DNA of 64,000 nucleotides from Paraspadella gotoi (taxonomy: Eukaryota > Animalia > Chaetognatha). The stretch spans positions 6,350,121 to 6,414,120 of the forward strand of contig CM119267.1 of NCBI GenBank assembly GCA_051294375.1, in the 5' to 3' direction. The stretch's first letter is position 1. Every line of letters starts with the position of its first letter. The translations under genes and the position numbers were made by a program. A model generated the notes under the pieces. That model made no database searches and was not told the origin of the DNA. It saw only the letters and a program-made list of their open reading frames with translations. Below, in pieces: positions 1 to 14,469 of the stretch.

Positions 1-1639
1 GGGATCGGGCATGGCTGCGGAGGGAAGGCATGAGGAATGGGGGAGAGGTGGGAGGGAGAGGAAGATGGAGGAGCCTGCGTGGGAGGGAGAGATGAGGTGA
101 AGAGGGAGGGAGGGCGAGTGACGGAGCGGCCGAGAGACTGAGGCGAACGAGCGAGGAGGAGAGGCGGCGAGGGCAGAGGGATGGAGAATAAGATATTGTG
201 AAAGAGAGGGAGGAAAAGGGGACCAGAAGAAGGCAAGAGGACTGGAAGGATGTGTGGGGAGGGAAGAAGAGAGGGGAGAGGAAGGAATGTGTGGAGGGAA
301 GGAGGGAGAGAGAAGGGGAGAGGGAGAGAGAGAGAGAGAGAGATCGTGAGGCAATGGGAAGAATAAGTTTGGTGGTGACGTAAAATAATAGAGAGTCGAA
401 ACTGTAAAGAAATGTTGATTGTTATTTTAAAACACTTTTACAAAGGGAAATCAAGAGCAACAAAACTAATAAGAAAAAGGCGAGAGAATAAGAGAAAATA
501 TAAAAGAAAGGGAAGTATGATTTAAAAGATAAAAAAAAGCGGAGAAAAAGGGAGAACGAAGAAAGAAAGAGAGAAAGAAAGAAGAAAAAGACAGAAAAAG
601 AAAAAGAGAGAAAGAGAGGTGGCCGGGCGGAATGGACAGAAAGATCGGTCATCTAAGGGGAAAGACAAATAAACGTCGGTTCCTAAAGTCAACGATTTAG
701 ATAACGAAGCATAAAATTAAAAATATTAAAATATATATATTAAATTATATTAAAATATTAAATTCGATCTCGAATCGTATTCGATCGATTCGAGGTCATC
801 AAACGCTTTCGCTTTGACCCGTCGCCCTGTTCCATTGTGTAAAACGCTATTTGTTGTTCCCCCCCAAAAGAGAACTTCCCTTCCACCTCCGCCCCGTTCC
901 CCTTCCCCTTCCCCTCCCTTTTCTCCCTCATTCCCTTCCTCTTCTCCGTCGCTTTGGCGCCAATATTTAAAAAAACGAAGAATATACCTTTTTTTTCATT
1001 TCTCTCTTTCTCTGTCGTCTCGTCCCTTTCTCCCCTTTTGTCTTCTTCCTTCCATCACTCTTTTCATTCTTTCCCTCTCTCTCTCTCCTCTCTCTACTCT
1101 CTCCTCTCTCGTCTCTCTCCTCTCTCTCTCTCTCTCTTCTCCCTCTCTCTCTCTCCTCTATATCCCTTGTTATTTTCCATCCCCACCAATTCTTTCCATC
1201 TCCCCTTTTTTCTCCCCTCCTTCCTTCTTCCTCCCCTTTTTTTCCTCTCTCCTTTTTTCTCTCTCTCTTCCTCCTTCCTCCATTTCCCCCTCCGCCATTC
1301 AAATCCTCCGCTCGATCCTCTCCCTCCTTTCCGCCCTTCTTTCCATTCACTCCAGTCGGCGTCGTTGTAGCGTCTCCGTCGGTAGAAACAGAAAAAAGAA
1401 AAGAGAGAAAAAGAGAAGAAAAGGAAAAAGAAAAGTTGCTCTCAATGCCTCCAGTTTCTCTTTTCTCCTCGACCGCCGGCGCGTCGTCGTCGTCGTTCGT
1501 CGTGTCGTCCGTCGTCGTCGTCGTTCGGTAGTGAATGGAATAAAAGAGGAACCGGTTAACAAAAGAATAATGTTGCTGATTCAAACAATCTTTGGTGGAC
1601 TGTCGAAGGGATGGGAATGCGTAGGGAGAGTAGAGGGGG

Positions 1640-2160
1640 CAGCTAGAAAGAGGCGGTCTAGAGCGAGTACGCGTCGGCGCCGGCGGCGCGGGAGTTTCGA
1701 TCGAACGGCGGGAGAGGGATGTCGGCCAGAGGTTGTCGCAGCGCCTCGGGGCGTTATGGCGCTGAGGGCGTGGCGCGAAGAACCGCCCCGCGTCTAGGGT
1801 GAGTTCTCGACTGACGGCGACGCCTCCGAGACGCCGATTGGGGCGCGGCGGCGCGCTGCGGCGAAACGGAAGGGCGTTTCCGAGAGATCAATCTCTCCTC
1901 GGATCGTCGAATTTTAACGTCGCAGCAGAGCGCGCCGGGCGTCAATGTCGGCATTTCGGTCGCCGTGCCACCGGGCCTCATGCTCCGTCGCGCGCCCGAA
2001 CGCCGACGCCAGGGCGCAATGCTCATGGCGTCGCCAGCGCCGGAAGGATCGACGCAATGCGGGCGGTTACGGACATGAGCGCTATAAGCGGAGGCGTCCC
2101 ACGGCGGCGTCGGCGGTGGCGCTTTCCGGTCAACGACGTCCGTCAAAGTCTTTAGTCGCC
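1640..2160. other. GC/CpG-rich high-complexity island; possible error-containing exon on the minus strand
   Basis: Sharp GC increase relative to the flanks. Minus-strand tttttcag| near 2160 is followed by an open frame (RLKTLTDVVDRKAPPPTPPWDASAY...). No recognisable domain. Confidence 0.25.
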
Positions 2161-2815
2161 TGAAAAATCGCCTTTGTTTTTTTCTTTTTCTTTTTTTAGT
2201 GTCCTCGTTGACGCTGACGGCGTTTCGATAATCCGCCAGCCGGACGAACGATAACGATACGACGAAAAACTGAAAAGAAGACGACGACGACTGACGACGC
2301 CCGCAGTCATGCATAAAGTCGTCGAAAAAGTTTTCTTATTTCTTCTTCCGTACATCGTCGTCGTCGCTCGTCGGTCACGAACGATCCTGAGATATGAAAA
2401 CGTCGGGTCAGTGGAGGTTAATGGCGGAATAGCGTAGTGGTGAATGGGTGGGTAAGTTGAAAGGCGGGGAGGTAGGGGATGCTGGAGAAGGAGGGGGCGT
2501 AGATTGAAATGTGGTGGGCGGGGAAGAAAGGTGGTGACGAATTGAAGGGGGAGGGTGCAAAGGGTGTTGCGATGAGGGCGTTGGTGAGTGAGTGTGAGTT
2601 GATGTGAAGGGTGAAGTGGGAGAATAAAAGATCGGAATTTATTTAATGACGTTTGGAGTTTTTTGTTTGTTCGTTTGGATGTTTAATAATTAACAAACTG
2701 TTGTGGAGATAAATGATCCCTTTATTTCCAGAAGAAAACTGTATGTGTAACTTATCCCAATTCTTGTATATACGAAATATTCGTCGAATATGTTTACCTA
2801 AAGGTAGCTAATATT

Positions 2816-5800
2816 CAAAATTTAATTGTTAGAACCTTAAAATATAAAGTATATTTATTTTACCGAGTTAAAATATTTTGTTTTATCAATAAAAGATTAT
2901 TAGTTGAATAAAACTAGCTACATTTATATATTTAAAAAAATCTTTCTATGCTAAAACGAGCGTTCCACTGACATTTACAGATAAACAACATCAATTGTTT
3001 TTTTTGTGTGTGTATTTTTTTTAGAAAAATGATATATTCTCTTCACAAAGAGATGAATTAACAACAGAAACAAGAACAACAACGACGACGATGACGACGA
3101 AGACAACGAATTATTAAGGATTATTACCAGCGGCAACAAAAGGTTTTTTTTTAAAACGAAGTCAGACGAGATTCGCGGACATTAAGACTTCAAGTGGAAT
3201 CAGATCTCAAGAACCGGTCCGCTCCCACTTCTCCTCCCACACAGCTCCTCTCCGAAAAGAACTGAAAAGGACTCGTGACTCTGAAGACAAATTCGTCTAC
3301 CTCTTTTGTCGTCGTCGTCGTCGTCGTCATCGTCGTCGTCTCCTTCCAATCTTTCGACGTCGACGGTCATTCCTCACTCTGTCTCTTCGGATCCGCAACA
3401 ATGGATCTGGATTTCTCTCTCCCTCTTTCTCTCTCTCTCGGACTTTCTCTCTCTCTCTCTGTCTCTCTTTACTCTCTCTCCCTCTCCCTCTCTCTTTCAC
3501 GCTCTTTACCTCTCTCTCTTTCTCTGTTTCTCTCTGTCGCTCTCTCTCTCTGCGTGCTCGCGTCATCTCTTACTCAATACTCCAGCTTCTCTGGATCGCT
3601 CTTTCTATTCTCTTCGTCCATCTCTGGTCATGCCTGCCATGCAATGCGGTACTCTCATGCGTTCATCCTACTTCATTCTCTCTAATATCTCTACTCATTA
3701 TACAATGAATGCAATAATAACTAGCCGTCGGACCATACTCTCTCTTCTCCGTCGTGCTACTGCTCATGTACGTAAGTCTACTTTTATACATATCCATATC
3801 TACTTATTACCCATTCAAAATCACACGAGCGAATGGTTATACTATTATTTTGTCTCTCTATTCCGCCCTTATCTGATTCTTCTTCTCTTTCGACAATCTA
3901 ATACCATCTCAGTCGAACTCTCCTCTCAAAATCTTTCATCATTCATACCTCTTCGTCCCTCCTCTTCTTTCTACTCCCTCCATTCTTCTCTTTCTCTCTC
4001 CTCGCTCTTCTATAACTCTATTCCTCGATGCAATCGTAAATTTGCACCCGTAACAAACCAATAACCTCGTGATCTCCTCATAAACCTGCGCCAGGCGCCC
4101 GAGCCGACTGTTCGTCCAACGTGCTCTATGGACACCTGGGTATGGGACGTGGGCTTTGTCGATTACTTAACTTTATGAAAAGAGGAAAAAGTAGGATACT
4201 GGAATGGTGTTCGCAAAGGGAGGTGTGATAGAATATATTAGTGAAGATATTCTGATATCCAATACAATACATGAAAAGTTGAGCATATAATATGATAGAA
4301 AAACAATAAATGGAGGAGGAGAAAAGAGGAGGAGAGTACTGCTGGCTAAGAGACAGGTTAACAAAAGATGATTGGCGAATAAATAAACAAAATATTTCAA
4401 ATAAAAGAGGCAGTATTCTCTGCCAGATATGGATGTACCTCTAGTTCTCAGTCTCGGCCGAAGTAAATAATCTTAGTCTCTTGTCCTCTTATCGCGCGCT
4501 TCCTTCGTGCTCTATCATCTCTCTCTCTCTTGTGCTTACCATTATCCGGGTAAAAATAATATACTATTTTCTACGCGTTTAATCTTTCGCTCTTCTCCTG
4601 ATCTACGAATGGAAGAACGACTGGTGTCGTACTCGCATCCGTCTCGTCTGTCGTCGTATTCTGTCGTCAGCATCGGTTGTTTCTTTGTTTACCGTGTCAA
4701 ATCGCGCTTGATGCTCGACAAGGCCTTAATTGTCTCTCTCTCTGCGCGTCATATGGGTGTATGCAATCACCTTTTGTTAACTACTTTTTTATATCAAATA
4801 TTAAAAGGAATAAACGATTTTTGATCTAAGTTCATTGTTTTCTTCTTTACTTTTTTTTTGGTGTAAGCCAACGGTTACTCATTAATTCTTTTCTTACTCT
4901 CAATCTCTCTAAGTCTTTTCCGTCTCAGTCTCATCTAGTCGATCGTTTGTGCGTACGCAGTCTCTATTATATTTTCCTCTTTTTCGATCCATGTTTCTTT
5001 TCCTTTTTTTTTTTTCGATCCGTGAGTTTAAATATAATAGCGAAGCTGAAACACCGGACCGACGGACGGACGGACTGACAGACGGATATTCGTCTGAGAA
5101 CGTTAAGACGTGAGGAAAGAGAGTCTCTGTGATTTGTATAGAGAAGCGAGATTCCAAAATAATTATTTCCAAGAAGTGGAGTTATTTGATTGATAAAGCT
5201 CCCGGAACATGTTTTCTTATGATACTAGTTTTTTTAAAAAAGGTGAAAGATGCGTTTATTAATAAAATTTAGCCAAAAAAAATATACATAAAGAACTTGA
5301 TCACAAGCAGTAGCGCACATTATGTAAATAACAGTGATTTGAGAACAAAAGGTAGTATCACTTCGTTTACAGAGGAAAAAGTCCGTTTCTGTAGTATTAA
5401 CTTTTAATAGTGCCTATTGAGAAGATGCTGAGTGAGGAAGCGAAGCATCGAGTAACGTGCCGGAACACACGGAGGAGAGAGTGAAGGATGAGAAGAAAGC
5501 CGGCTCCTGAAATGAGCATGAAATCAGAAAAGAGCAAAAGTAGGAATAACCGCGTTCGTCTCGAAGTCACGTCAGAGAGAAGGAGACCATCGGTCTCCGG
5601 TCTACTAATAGATAATGAAAACCTACATGGAGTGAATAGGCAAAAATCTCTCGAATACTTATCTACATACTTACACACAACAACTTCCTCGCGTTGTCCG
5701 GAAAAAACCAATCGGGCTCTCGGATTTCGTGCTTTCTCCTAACTTTTTCATGGAATCCCGGAGTCTGAGAGGTTCCGTCTTCTCGCTGTTTGCTACAATT

Positions 5801-7087
5801 GCCGATTAAAGATATTTAATCTCTAGTCACTACATCAACTGTCACCACTGCGGCCACCACGTTGCGCAAAGCAATACATCCTCNNNNNNNNNNNNNNNNN
5901 NNNNNNNNCAAAATTTTATTTTGTAGAACCTTAAAATATAAAGAGGTTATTTATTTTACCCGATCCGACGTTCTTGTTAAAATAGGAGTATTTTTGTTTC
6001 TTATCTCAATTATATAAAAGATTATTTAGTTGAATAAAATAAGCCAGGTACATTGTAGTAGTATATTTTTTTAAAAAAATCTGTTTTGATGGCTTAAAAC
6101 GGAGCGGTGTTTGCTTCCACTGACATTGTTACAGATCATAAACAGACATCAATTGTTTTTGTGTGTGTATTTTTTAGAAAAAAAGAATGATAATATTTCT
6201 CTTCACAAGATAGAAGATGAGATTTAACTACTAGCAACAAGAGCAACAACGACTGACTAAAACCCAAGAACCCACAGACGACAAAAGACGACGGACGAAC
6301 GACGACTGACGACGGACACACCTGTCGAGACGACGAAACGGGAAAATTCTTATTGGAATTTTACCAGCGGGCATAAACAAAAGTTTCTTTTTCTGTTTTT
6401 AAAGCGAAGGTCAGACGAGTAATTCGCGGAAACCACAATTAAGGACTTTCAAGTGCGGTCAGAATCTATCAATGCTGACGTCAATACACTCAGGTTCTTC
6501 CCGCCGCTCGCATCTTCTTCCTCACCCACACAGCTCCTCTCCGGGGAAAAGGAACTGAAAACAGGGGAATCGTGACTGTCCTGGAAGACATGTAATCTCG
6601 GTTCTAACCTTTTCATTGTCTCGTCCTGTCGTCGTCGCGTATAATCACTAATCTCCGATTGTCTTCTCGTCCCAATCCTTTCGAGCTCCGGTCTCTCGAG
6701 GTCAATATCTCTCACCTCTGGTCCTCTTCGGGATCCACGCGTGACTGTACAATGGATCTGTGGAACATTTTCTTCTCCACTTCTCCTACTCTCTCCACCT
6801 CGGAGACCTTCTCTCTCTCTCTCTGTCTTCCTCTCTCTTTATACTCCTCCCCCCCCCCCTCTTCCCTCACCGTTCGTCTTAGCGGAGTGTTTAGCTCGTC
6901 TAGCGCGTGTTCGCTCCTGTCTATCGGTTCGCTGTTCGCCTTTCCCTCTCTCTTCCACCGGGCTCTTTACCCTCCGCTCTCTCTCTCTTCTGTTCTTTCG
7001 ATTCTCTCTGGGTCTTTTCTCTCTTCTCTTCACTCTTCTCTGTTCGCTCCTCTCTCTCTCTCTCTCTCCTCTCTCTTCTCTCTCTTC

Positions 7088-7142
<55 letters not shown>

Positions 7143-7258
7143 GCCTTCTCGTAACCTAATTCCTACTGTTACCTTTCAAAATCCCCGATGTCTTTACTTT
7201 CTTCTATTTCGCACTCACTTCTCCCTCACTTCCATCTCCTCATTCTCTCTTCTCTCTC

Positions 7259-7333
<75 letters not shown>

Positions 7334-7737
7334 ACAATACGACTCCACTGCGCAGGCGCGAGGCCGAACTCGCAACGCGAAGGCCCCGGGATGACGGCCT
7401 TTGCGATCGGACAACTCAATAGAGGGAAGAAGGAGTGAGGGGAAAGAGGGATGAAAGAAAGAATGAATGGAAGCGAATCAGAAAAAATGAAAAGTGAGAG
7501 AAAAGAGGAAAAAATGAGGAGGAAGAGGAGGAGGAAGAGGAAGAGAGAGAAAAAAGGATGGAAGAAAAAAAAATCATTGGAGTATCGCAAATGGAGTCCA
7601 GTCGCGTTATCTCTGTCTCAATCGCTCTCTCATTCTCTCTCTCTCTCTCTCTCTCTCTTGTGCTATTATCCGGGAAAAAAATCTTTTTCTACGGTTTTTT
7701 AATTTTCTCCCTTCCTGATCTCGTGGAAGAAACGAGG

Positions 7738-7770
<33 letters not shown>

Positions 7771-8610
7771 TGTTGTCTTTGTTACCGTCGTCATCGCCGA
7801 TGTCGACAAGGCGTTATTTATTATTGCCATCATCTATATACCTTTTATTACATAAAATATTTTTATCAATAAGTTATTTTTTCATGACCAAGGGTTACTA
7901 TTAATCTTCTTACCAATCAAAGTTTTCGTCAGCATCATCGTCGTTGTCGTCGTCGTCTTCCCTCGATCTTTCGTCCAGTTCTTTTTTTTTCGATCCGATG
8001 AGTTAAAATAATAGCGAAGCTGAACACCGGACCGACGGACGGACGGACGGACAGACGGATATTCGTTGAGAAGCGTAGAGTGAGAAGAGTCTGGATCTTG
8101 TGAGAAGCGAGATTCAAAATAATTATTTCCAAGAAGTGGATATATTTATATGATAAAGCTCCGGAACATGTTTCTTATGATACTAGTTTTAAAAAAGTGA
8201 AAGATGCGTATATAAAATTTAGCCAAAAAATATACATTTAAAGCCTGATCAAGATGCAATTAGTAAATGAACAGTGAGTGAGAACCGAGAGATGAGAAGC
8301 GAAGATCGAGAAGCGGACACACGGAGAGAAATGAGAAGCGGTTCTTGAAAAGCGATCGGACGCGTTCGTCTCGAGTCAATCGAGGAGAAGCATCGGTTCC
8401 CGTCTCTTGTCCAGACTCTGAGTGGAACAACGACAACAAGTACAACAACGACAACTCCTCGCGTTTTGTCCGGAACCAATCGGGTCGATGCTTTCGCTTA
8501 GCTACTTTTTTTTCATTTGAATTCTGAGGCTCAGAGTTTTCGTTCTTATCCTGTTCTGCACATTGCTAAATACACACTGCACGATGCGCACAGTTGCAAA
8601 GCAATATGTC
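2816..8610 (+). repeat. Noisy tandem duplication 2816-5883 / 5909-8610 around a 25-N gap
   Basis: CAAAATTT..AGAACCTTAAAATATAAAG at 2816 and 5909. The block GATAAAGCTCCCGGAACATGTTTTCTTATGATACTAG is shared at ~5192 and ~8152. The copies differ by many scattered small indels. Confidence 0.88.
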
Positions 8611-8750
8611 TTAACTGTCGCTCTGGATTTAATGTAATTTTTTTTTTATTTATACATCTTTAGCCTTTATTTTCATTTTTAAAATATCTTACGGTAAACT
8701 AAAAGAGATACGAATAAAAGATAATAAATAACCACGAATTTAAGTACGTA

Positions 8751-8941
8751 CATGTGTGTCCCAATGGTACTGTCGGTTTATAAAAGCTTACTGCTCCTAT
8801 ACCAGATTGAAAAACATGAATTCATGCTCATGAATAAGCGCACAAGTATGGACCATTTCATAGGATACCTAAATCTTAAAAAATTCACACAGTTCTGAAT
8901 GATATGTAAAAGTTAGCGGACAGTACCGTTGGGACACACTC
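8751..8941. mobile_element. ~190-bp MITE, Tc1/mariner-like
   Basis: Terminal inverted repeats GTGTGTCCCAATGGTACTGTC (8754-8774) and GACAGTACCGTTGGGACACAC (8919-8939) match at 20/21 positions. TA lies outside both ends (8749-8750, 8942-8943). The interior is AT-rich and non-coding. Confidence 0.75.
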
Positions 8942-9160
8942 TAGGAGGGACGTTTTAAAAGACAGAATCGGGATTATGATGGACGAGTTTGTCTCTTCCA
9001 TTCCTTTTGTGAGATATTACTGATAATTACTAAATGGGTCATTAAATATTTTGATAGATTGTAAAACTTTCTAACCCACGAGATCTTTCTATTCACCAAC
9101 TAGAAAATCGGATGCATCTTCGGACGTTCTTTCTGTAAAGTCCGAAGGAAGTTATCGCAA

Positions 9161-9246
<86 letters not shown>

Positions 9247-11439
9247 CTCCTCCCATTCCCGTATAGAGCCACAATCGCACAAAACCTGCTTCATCCGGTC
9301 GCAGTTTCGCGCCAAAGCGACGGCACGGAGCCTCTCGCCTCGGAACCGACGGCCAGTTATCAATGCCCACAACATAAAAACTTTTTTTTTTCTCTCTTCT
9401 GCCGCGAGAGCGAGAGAGAGAGGGAGGGAGATGTAGGGAGAGAGGAAGAAGAGATGAGATGATGGGATTAGGGCGGACTTCGGCATGAGAGTTGCAAAGA
9501 TCTCTCTCTTTNNNNNNNNNNNNNNNNNNNNNNNNNNNNNNNNNNNNNNNNNNNNNNNNNNNNNNNNNNNNNNNNNNNNNNNNNNNNNNNNNNNNNNNNN
9601 NNNNNNNNNNNNNNNNNNNNNNNNNNNNNNNNNNNNNNNNNNNNNNNNNNNNNNNNNNNATTTTTCGCCATGTTGCAAATAGTTGCGAGTTTAAATTAAC
9701 ATAAAAACTAGTGACGATTGAGTTAAATGCCGCCGGAGGAGACGAGCCGAGAAGTTCCGATTCATTTTCCTCCCTCTCTCCCTCTCTCTCTCTCTCTTCT
9801 GTCTTCCTCTTTCTCCCTATTCTCCACTTTTCTCCTTTTTCTCTCCTTTCTTCCTTCCTTTTCTCCTAATCCTTCTTTCTTTCCTATTTTATTTATTCCC
9901 TCTCTTTCCTCCTTCCTATCTTCTTTTTCTAGCTCCTTTTCTCTTTCATCTTCCCCTGCTTCCCTTTCTCCTCTCCTTTTCTTCCTTCCCTCCCCTCCTT
10001 ATCTTCCTCTTATCTTTCTCTTTCCCTTTTTCACTCTCTCCTCCCCTACTCCTCCTTTCCTCCCCTTCTCCTCCTCCTTTCCTCCCCTCCTCCATTCCTC
10101 CCCCTCCTCCTCCTCTTCCTCCTTTCCTCGCTTCCTCCGCGTTTTTTATGAGAATTTCTCTACCATCGACTTTGAGGCGATTTCTCCATTTTTCCGCGCG
10201 ATTTAACTTTTCTCTTTCCGGTCAATCTCTCGCTCTCCATCGCTCTTTGACTCTGCAACGCTATATCTCGCTCTCGCTCTCTCTCTCTCTCTGGCATCAG
10301 TCGTTGACTCGCCAAGTCCAGGGCTAACTCTCTCTCTCTCTTTCTCACGCTCCGCTTCAGTCTTTCTCAATATTTCTTATCCTTCCATTCACTATCTCGC
10401 TCTCTATCTCGCTCTTTCTGGTCACAGATTCATTCTCATCTGATTATCTTTCTTGCCACAGCCTTCCGTGTGCATCTTCAAGAAATATCGCCACAGCTTC
10501 ACCGCATTATCCCAACAGCATCGCCGCATTATTACCGCATTTTCACCGCAGTATCGCCGCAATCCGCATCGCTACTTCCGCCGCCTTCTTCGCCGCTGGC
10601 AACAACCGACCATCCCTGACGATCACCCCTACCGTCCACCAAGGACGATCACCCCTACAAATGAACATTACCGACTACCCCTGCCGACAATCCCAACCGA
10701 CCGACAAACCGCCCACCGCTGGCCGACGCGCAACGGCGAGTCATCAGAATTTCATCGGGACGGACGTCGTTGGCGGGCGGGCTGTCGGCGGCGGCGGACA
10801 AGCGGCGGTCCGGCGGCCCGACTCTTGTTAGAGAAATACTACTTCCATCTTAATGACACAACTAGATGCCTATTGTCCCCGAGAAATTGTCGCCCCAGAG
10901 ACGAGAGAGATTATGCAATACATTACTTTTTAATTTTTTCGTCTCTTTTTATTTTAAGGTTTTTTTTTTAAGGCGGGAGAAGGAGCTCATTGTAAATACT
11001 AAGGGTTTTTTTTCCGTCGCTTGAAATTCATCAGTTGTTCTTTTCTCTCTCTCTCTCTCTCTCTCTTCTGGTCCTCCTCCTCTCTCGTTCGTCTCTCCGT
11101 TTCGGGTCGCTACTCTCTCTTCCTTCTCTTCTGTCACGCTGTGACCCGCGATGGGGAGGGCGCAGCAGCCGCGCCGAAAGAGAATGATGACCCAAAAACG
11201 TGATTTACTGCACAGAGAAGAAGAAAAATAAAGAGAAAAAAACCAAATTCTCTTTCCTCCACCAGGCAAACACTTGCTTCCACCGACGGGTGTTTTTCTT
11301 TTTTTTTTTTTTTAGACAGAAAGGAAGAGAGAAAAAATAATGAGTTTTGGAAGTATAGAAAATTAGAGAAAAAGATGATTGTGTCGTCAGCCCAGTAAGA
11401 GAGAGAGGAGGAGAAGGAGGAGGGAGGGGAGAGGAAAGG

Positions 11440-12070
11440 AGGGAGGAGAAGGGATGAGGGTAGAAAATAAAAATTGTAAGAGGGAGAGTAAGAAAATGGA
11501 AAAAGAAAATGGAAAAGTAGAGAAAGGAAGGGCAAAAGAAGGGAAAGGAAGAGAGATGATGGGAGGAAAGGAGAAAAAGAAGGAAAGAAGGAAAGGAGAA
11601 AAAAGAAAGGAAGAAGGAAAGGAGAAAAAAGACAAGAAACGAAAAAAGAAGATAGGGGGGGAGAAAAAAAGGAAGAAGGAAAGTGGAGAAAAGGAAAAGG
11701 AAAGAAGGAAGGAGAAAAAAAAGGAAGAAGGAAAGAGAAAAGAAGGAAAGAAGGAAAAGGAAGAAAAAAGAAAGAGGAAAAGTAGGAGAAGAGAAATAAG
11801 GATAGAAAGAAAGGAGAAAAAAGAAAAGGGAAGAAGAAAGGAGAAAAAAAAACGCGAAGAAGGAAAGGAGAAAAAATAGAAACGGAAAGAAGGAAAGGAG
11901 AAAAAAGAAAAGGAAAGGAGAAAAATAAAAGGAAAGAAAGGAAAGGAGAAAAATAAAAGGAAAGAAGGAAAGGAAAAATAAAAGGAAAGAAGAAGAAAAA
12001 GAAAAAGGAAAGAAGGAAGGAGAAAAAAGAAAAGAAAAGAAGGAAGGAGAAAAAAGAAAGGAAAGAAGTG
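11440..12070 (+). repeat. Long polypurine tract of degenerate GAAAGGAGAAAAAA-type units (also at +9591 and inverted near 33340-33890)
   Basis: Almost only A and G over ~600 bp. It is the source of several spurious K/E/R-rich and F/L/S-rich ORFs. Confidence 0.9.
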
Positions 12071-13944
12071 AAAGGACGTTCACGTCAATGCGAAGTTAAG
12101 GCTGAGAGAAAAGAAGTTGAAATAGAGAGAAGATTAACAAAGAGAGGTTAGCAGAAGAAGGGAGGCAGCAAGAAGAGAGAAGAAGTGGTCCGGCTAAAGA
12201 GGAAGCCGACTGCGCACCTCGACGTCGTTAGACAAAAAAAAATGAAAAAATCGAGTTTTACCAGAAATATGCAAATGCAGAAAAAAAGGAAGCGCCTCTC
12301 GATCGTTTAAACACTGGGGTAATGAAAGATGCCGAAGGCGAAAAGGAACCCAAAAGGATCAAATCTTTTTCTTTTATTTTATTTTTTTTTTTTTAATCTT
12401 TTTCTGCCGACGATCAGGGTTCATTGGCGCTCATTGATGCCAAAAGAAAAATACGTAATGCCCAACCTTTTGTTTCGTTCGCTAACGCGGTCGAGTTAAA
12501 AATATTTTCTCCGGTTTCCACTGATTACTAGACATGTATAAAGTTTTGCCTGCTTACCAACCCTAATAACTTTGGCCGTCTCCAGTCGCCACGCCCACTC
12601 ACTATGATCATATCATTAAAGCTGCACTCGCAAAGTTCGGCACGCTGACGACTCGGTCGGAAAATTTTATGAATAATAATATATAAAATAAAATTTTATA
12701 AATTAATTTAATATATTAAAATAATATTAAAATTTGGATTAAATAGTTTAAAATTTTTAATGTTATTAATTTTTTTCATTAAATTTTTTTTTCGATATTT
12801 TAATTTTTTTTATTGGGATTACTGTTTTAGATTAATTTTTTATTCTGATAGAGTTTTTTAAAAGATATGTAGAAATTAAAAACTTTAATTTTTTTCTATT
12901 TAAAAATAGTAAACTTTTTTAAGAGATTATTAAAAATAAAATAATAATTTTTTTAAAAAATAAAAACAATTCTTATCCATGGTCCACCATCCAGTAGCTT
13001 CTAACCCAAAAAAACCAAAGCGGCGTGCCTAAAAACCCAGACGCCAATTTCCAAACCAACGAACGTCTCCTTTTTTTTGCCCCTGAAGAAGCTTCTGTTG
13101 CTAAGTTATCGCTCGCCTTGTCTCACTCTCTCTCCCTCAGCGCTTCATTATAGGACTAATTTCTCAAAAGCGCGCAGTGCAGGGAATTAGCGGCTTGAAC
13201 TATGGAAGATTGAACTATGGTAACATAGCTAAGAAACTTCGCGTTGAGATAGCTTGCACTGACAAAACCCTCCTCCGGACTTCCCAACTCGGTAAGACGC
13301 TGAGTTTGTTGCGGGTTGGGGGTGAGAGAGAGGAGGCGAGAGAGAGAGAGAGAGAGAGAGGAGAGAAGAGAGATGAGAGAGAGAGAAGAGAGAGAGAGGA
13401 GAAGAAGAGGAGAGAGGTGCGACGCGAATCGAGACTTAATTTTATTTTGTTGGCGAATCTCTGGAGGAAGGAGAAAGAAGAAAAAATGTTTTCCGTCTGG
13501 TAGAAAAAGTTGGGCGACGAAAATGACGAAAGGAAACTCATTTAGACGGAGATCGAGAGGGGGGTCAGGCTGGGGGGGGAATGAGTCGGTTATTGTTGTT
13601 GTCGTTGTTACGTTTTTGTGGTGAGAGGTGTTTGTTCTTAGTGATTGTTGTCAATGAAAATAGCGGGGGGAAATGAAGAGATAACAAAAAAGATTTTTTA
13701 AGGTAAAAGAAGTAAAAAGAAAAAAGAGAAAAGGAAGAAAAGAGAGGTAATCTATAACAAAGGAAAAGGAAAGAGCACACACAAGGAATATATAATACAA
13801 GGAAAGGAAAGAGAAAGAGGAAAGAAAAAGAAGGAAATCTAGTAAAAATGAAAAAGGAAGGAAAAAAAGATTGAAAAAGAAAATAACGAAAAGAAAGAAG
13901 AAGAGATAAATTCTAAAAAATAAATAAGAGAAAGAAAAAGAAAA

Positions 13945-14023
<79 letters not shown>

Positions 14024-14384
14024 TAGAATTCTTTCTCTTTTCCTTCTTTTTCTCATTACGTAAAGCAAACTCGAGGGACGCGTCCAAATAACGACTTTCT
14101 TTCCTCCCGGCTAGTGGGGCGGCGAAAATCAGAGTCGGGGACTCCGAATATGCAAATGAGAATGAAATCGGCCAGAATGTTTAAAAAAAATTTAAGAAGC
14201 GGAGAAAGGAGGAAAGGGGGGTGTGGGGTAGGGAGAGGGAAGTGGCCAAGGGTGGGGGGAGAGAATTCGGGGGGGGGGGGGAGAAGGAATTAAAAACCTA
14301 AGCGGATGAAGAATTCTATTAAAAGGTTCGGCGATGGTTATTGCATAGATATCGTCTGCTAATTAGCCAAATGAGGAGAGAGAA

Positions 14385-14469
<85 letters not shown>

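Noticed and set aside
814-1797. 327-aa ORF, and the many other S/L/F-rich or R/E/K-rich ORFs in the track (e.g. 11205..12083, 35904..36659, 59017..59679)
   Set aside because: They are translations of CT/GA microsatellites and purine tracts, which lack stop codons by composition. No domain-like sequence.
13080-13110. CTGAAGAAG (and CTGATGAAG near 42649) as further hammerhead cores
   Set aside because: No stem II followed by GAAA and an NUH site with a closing stem I.
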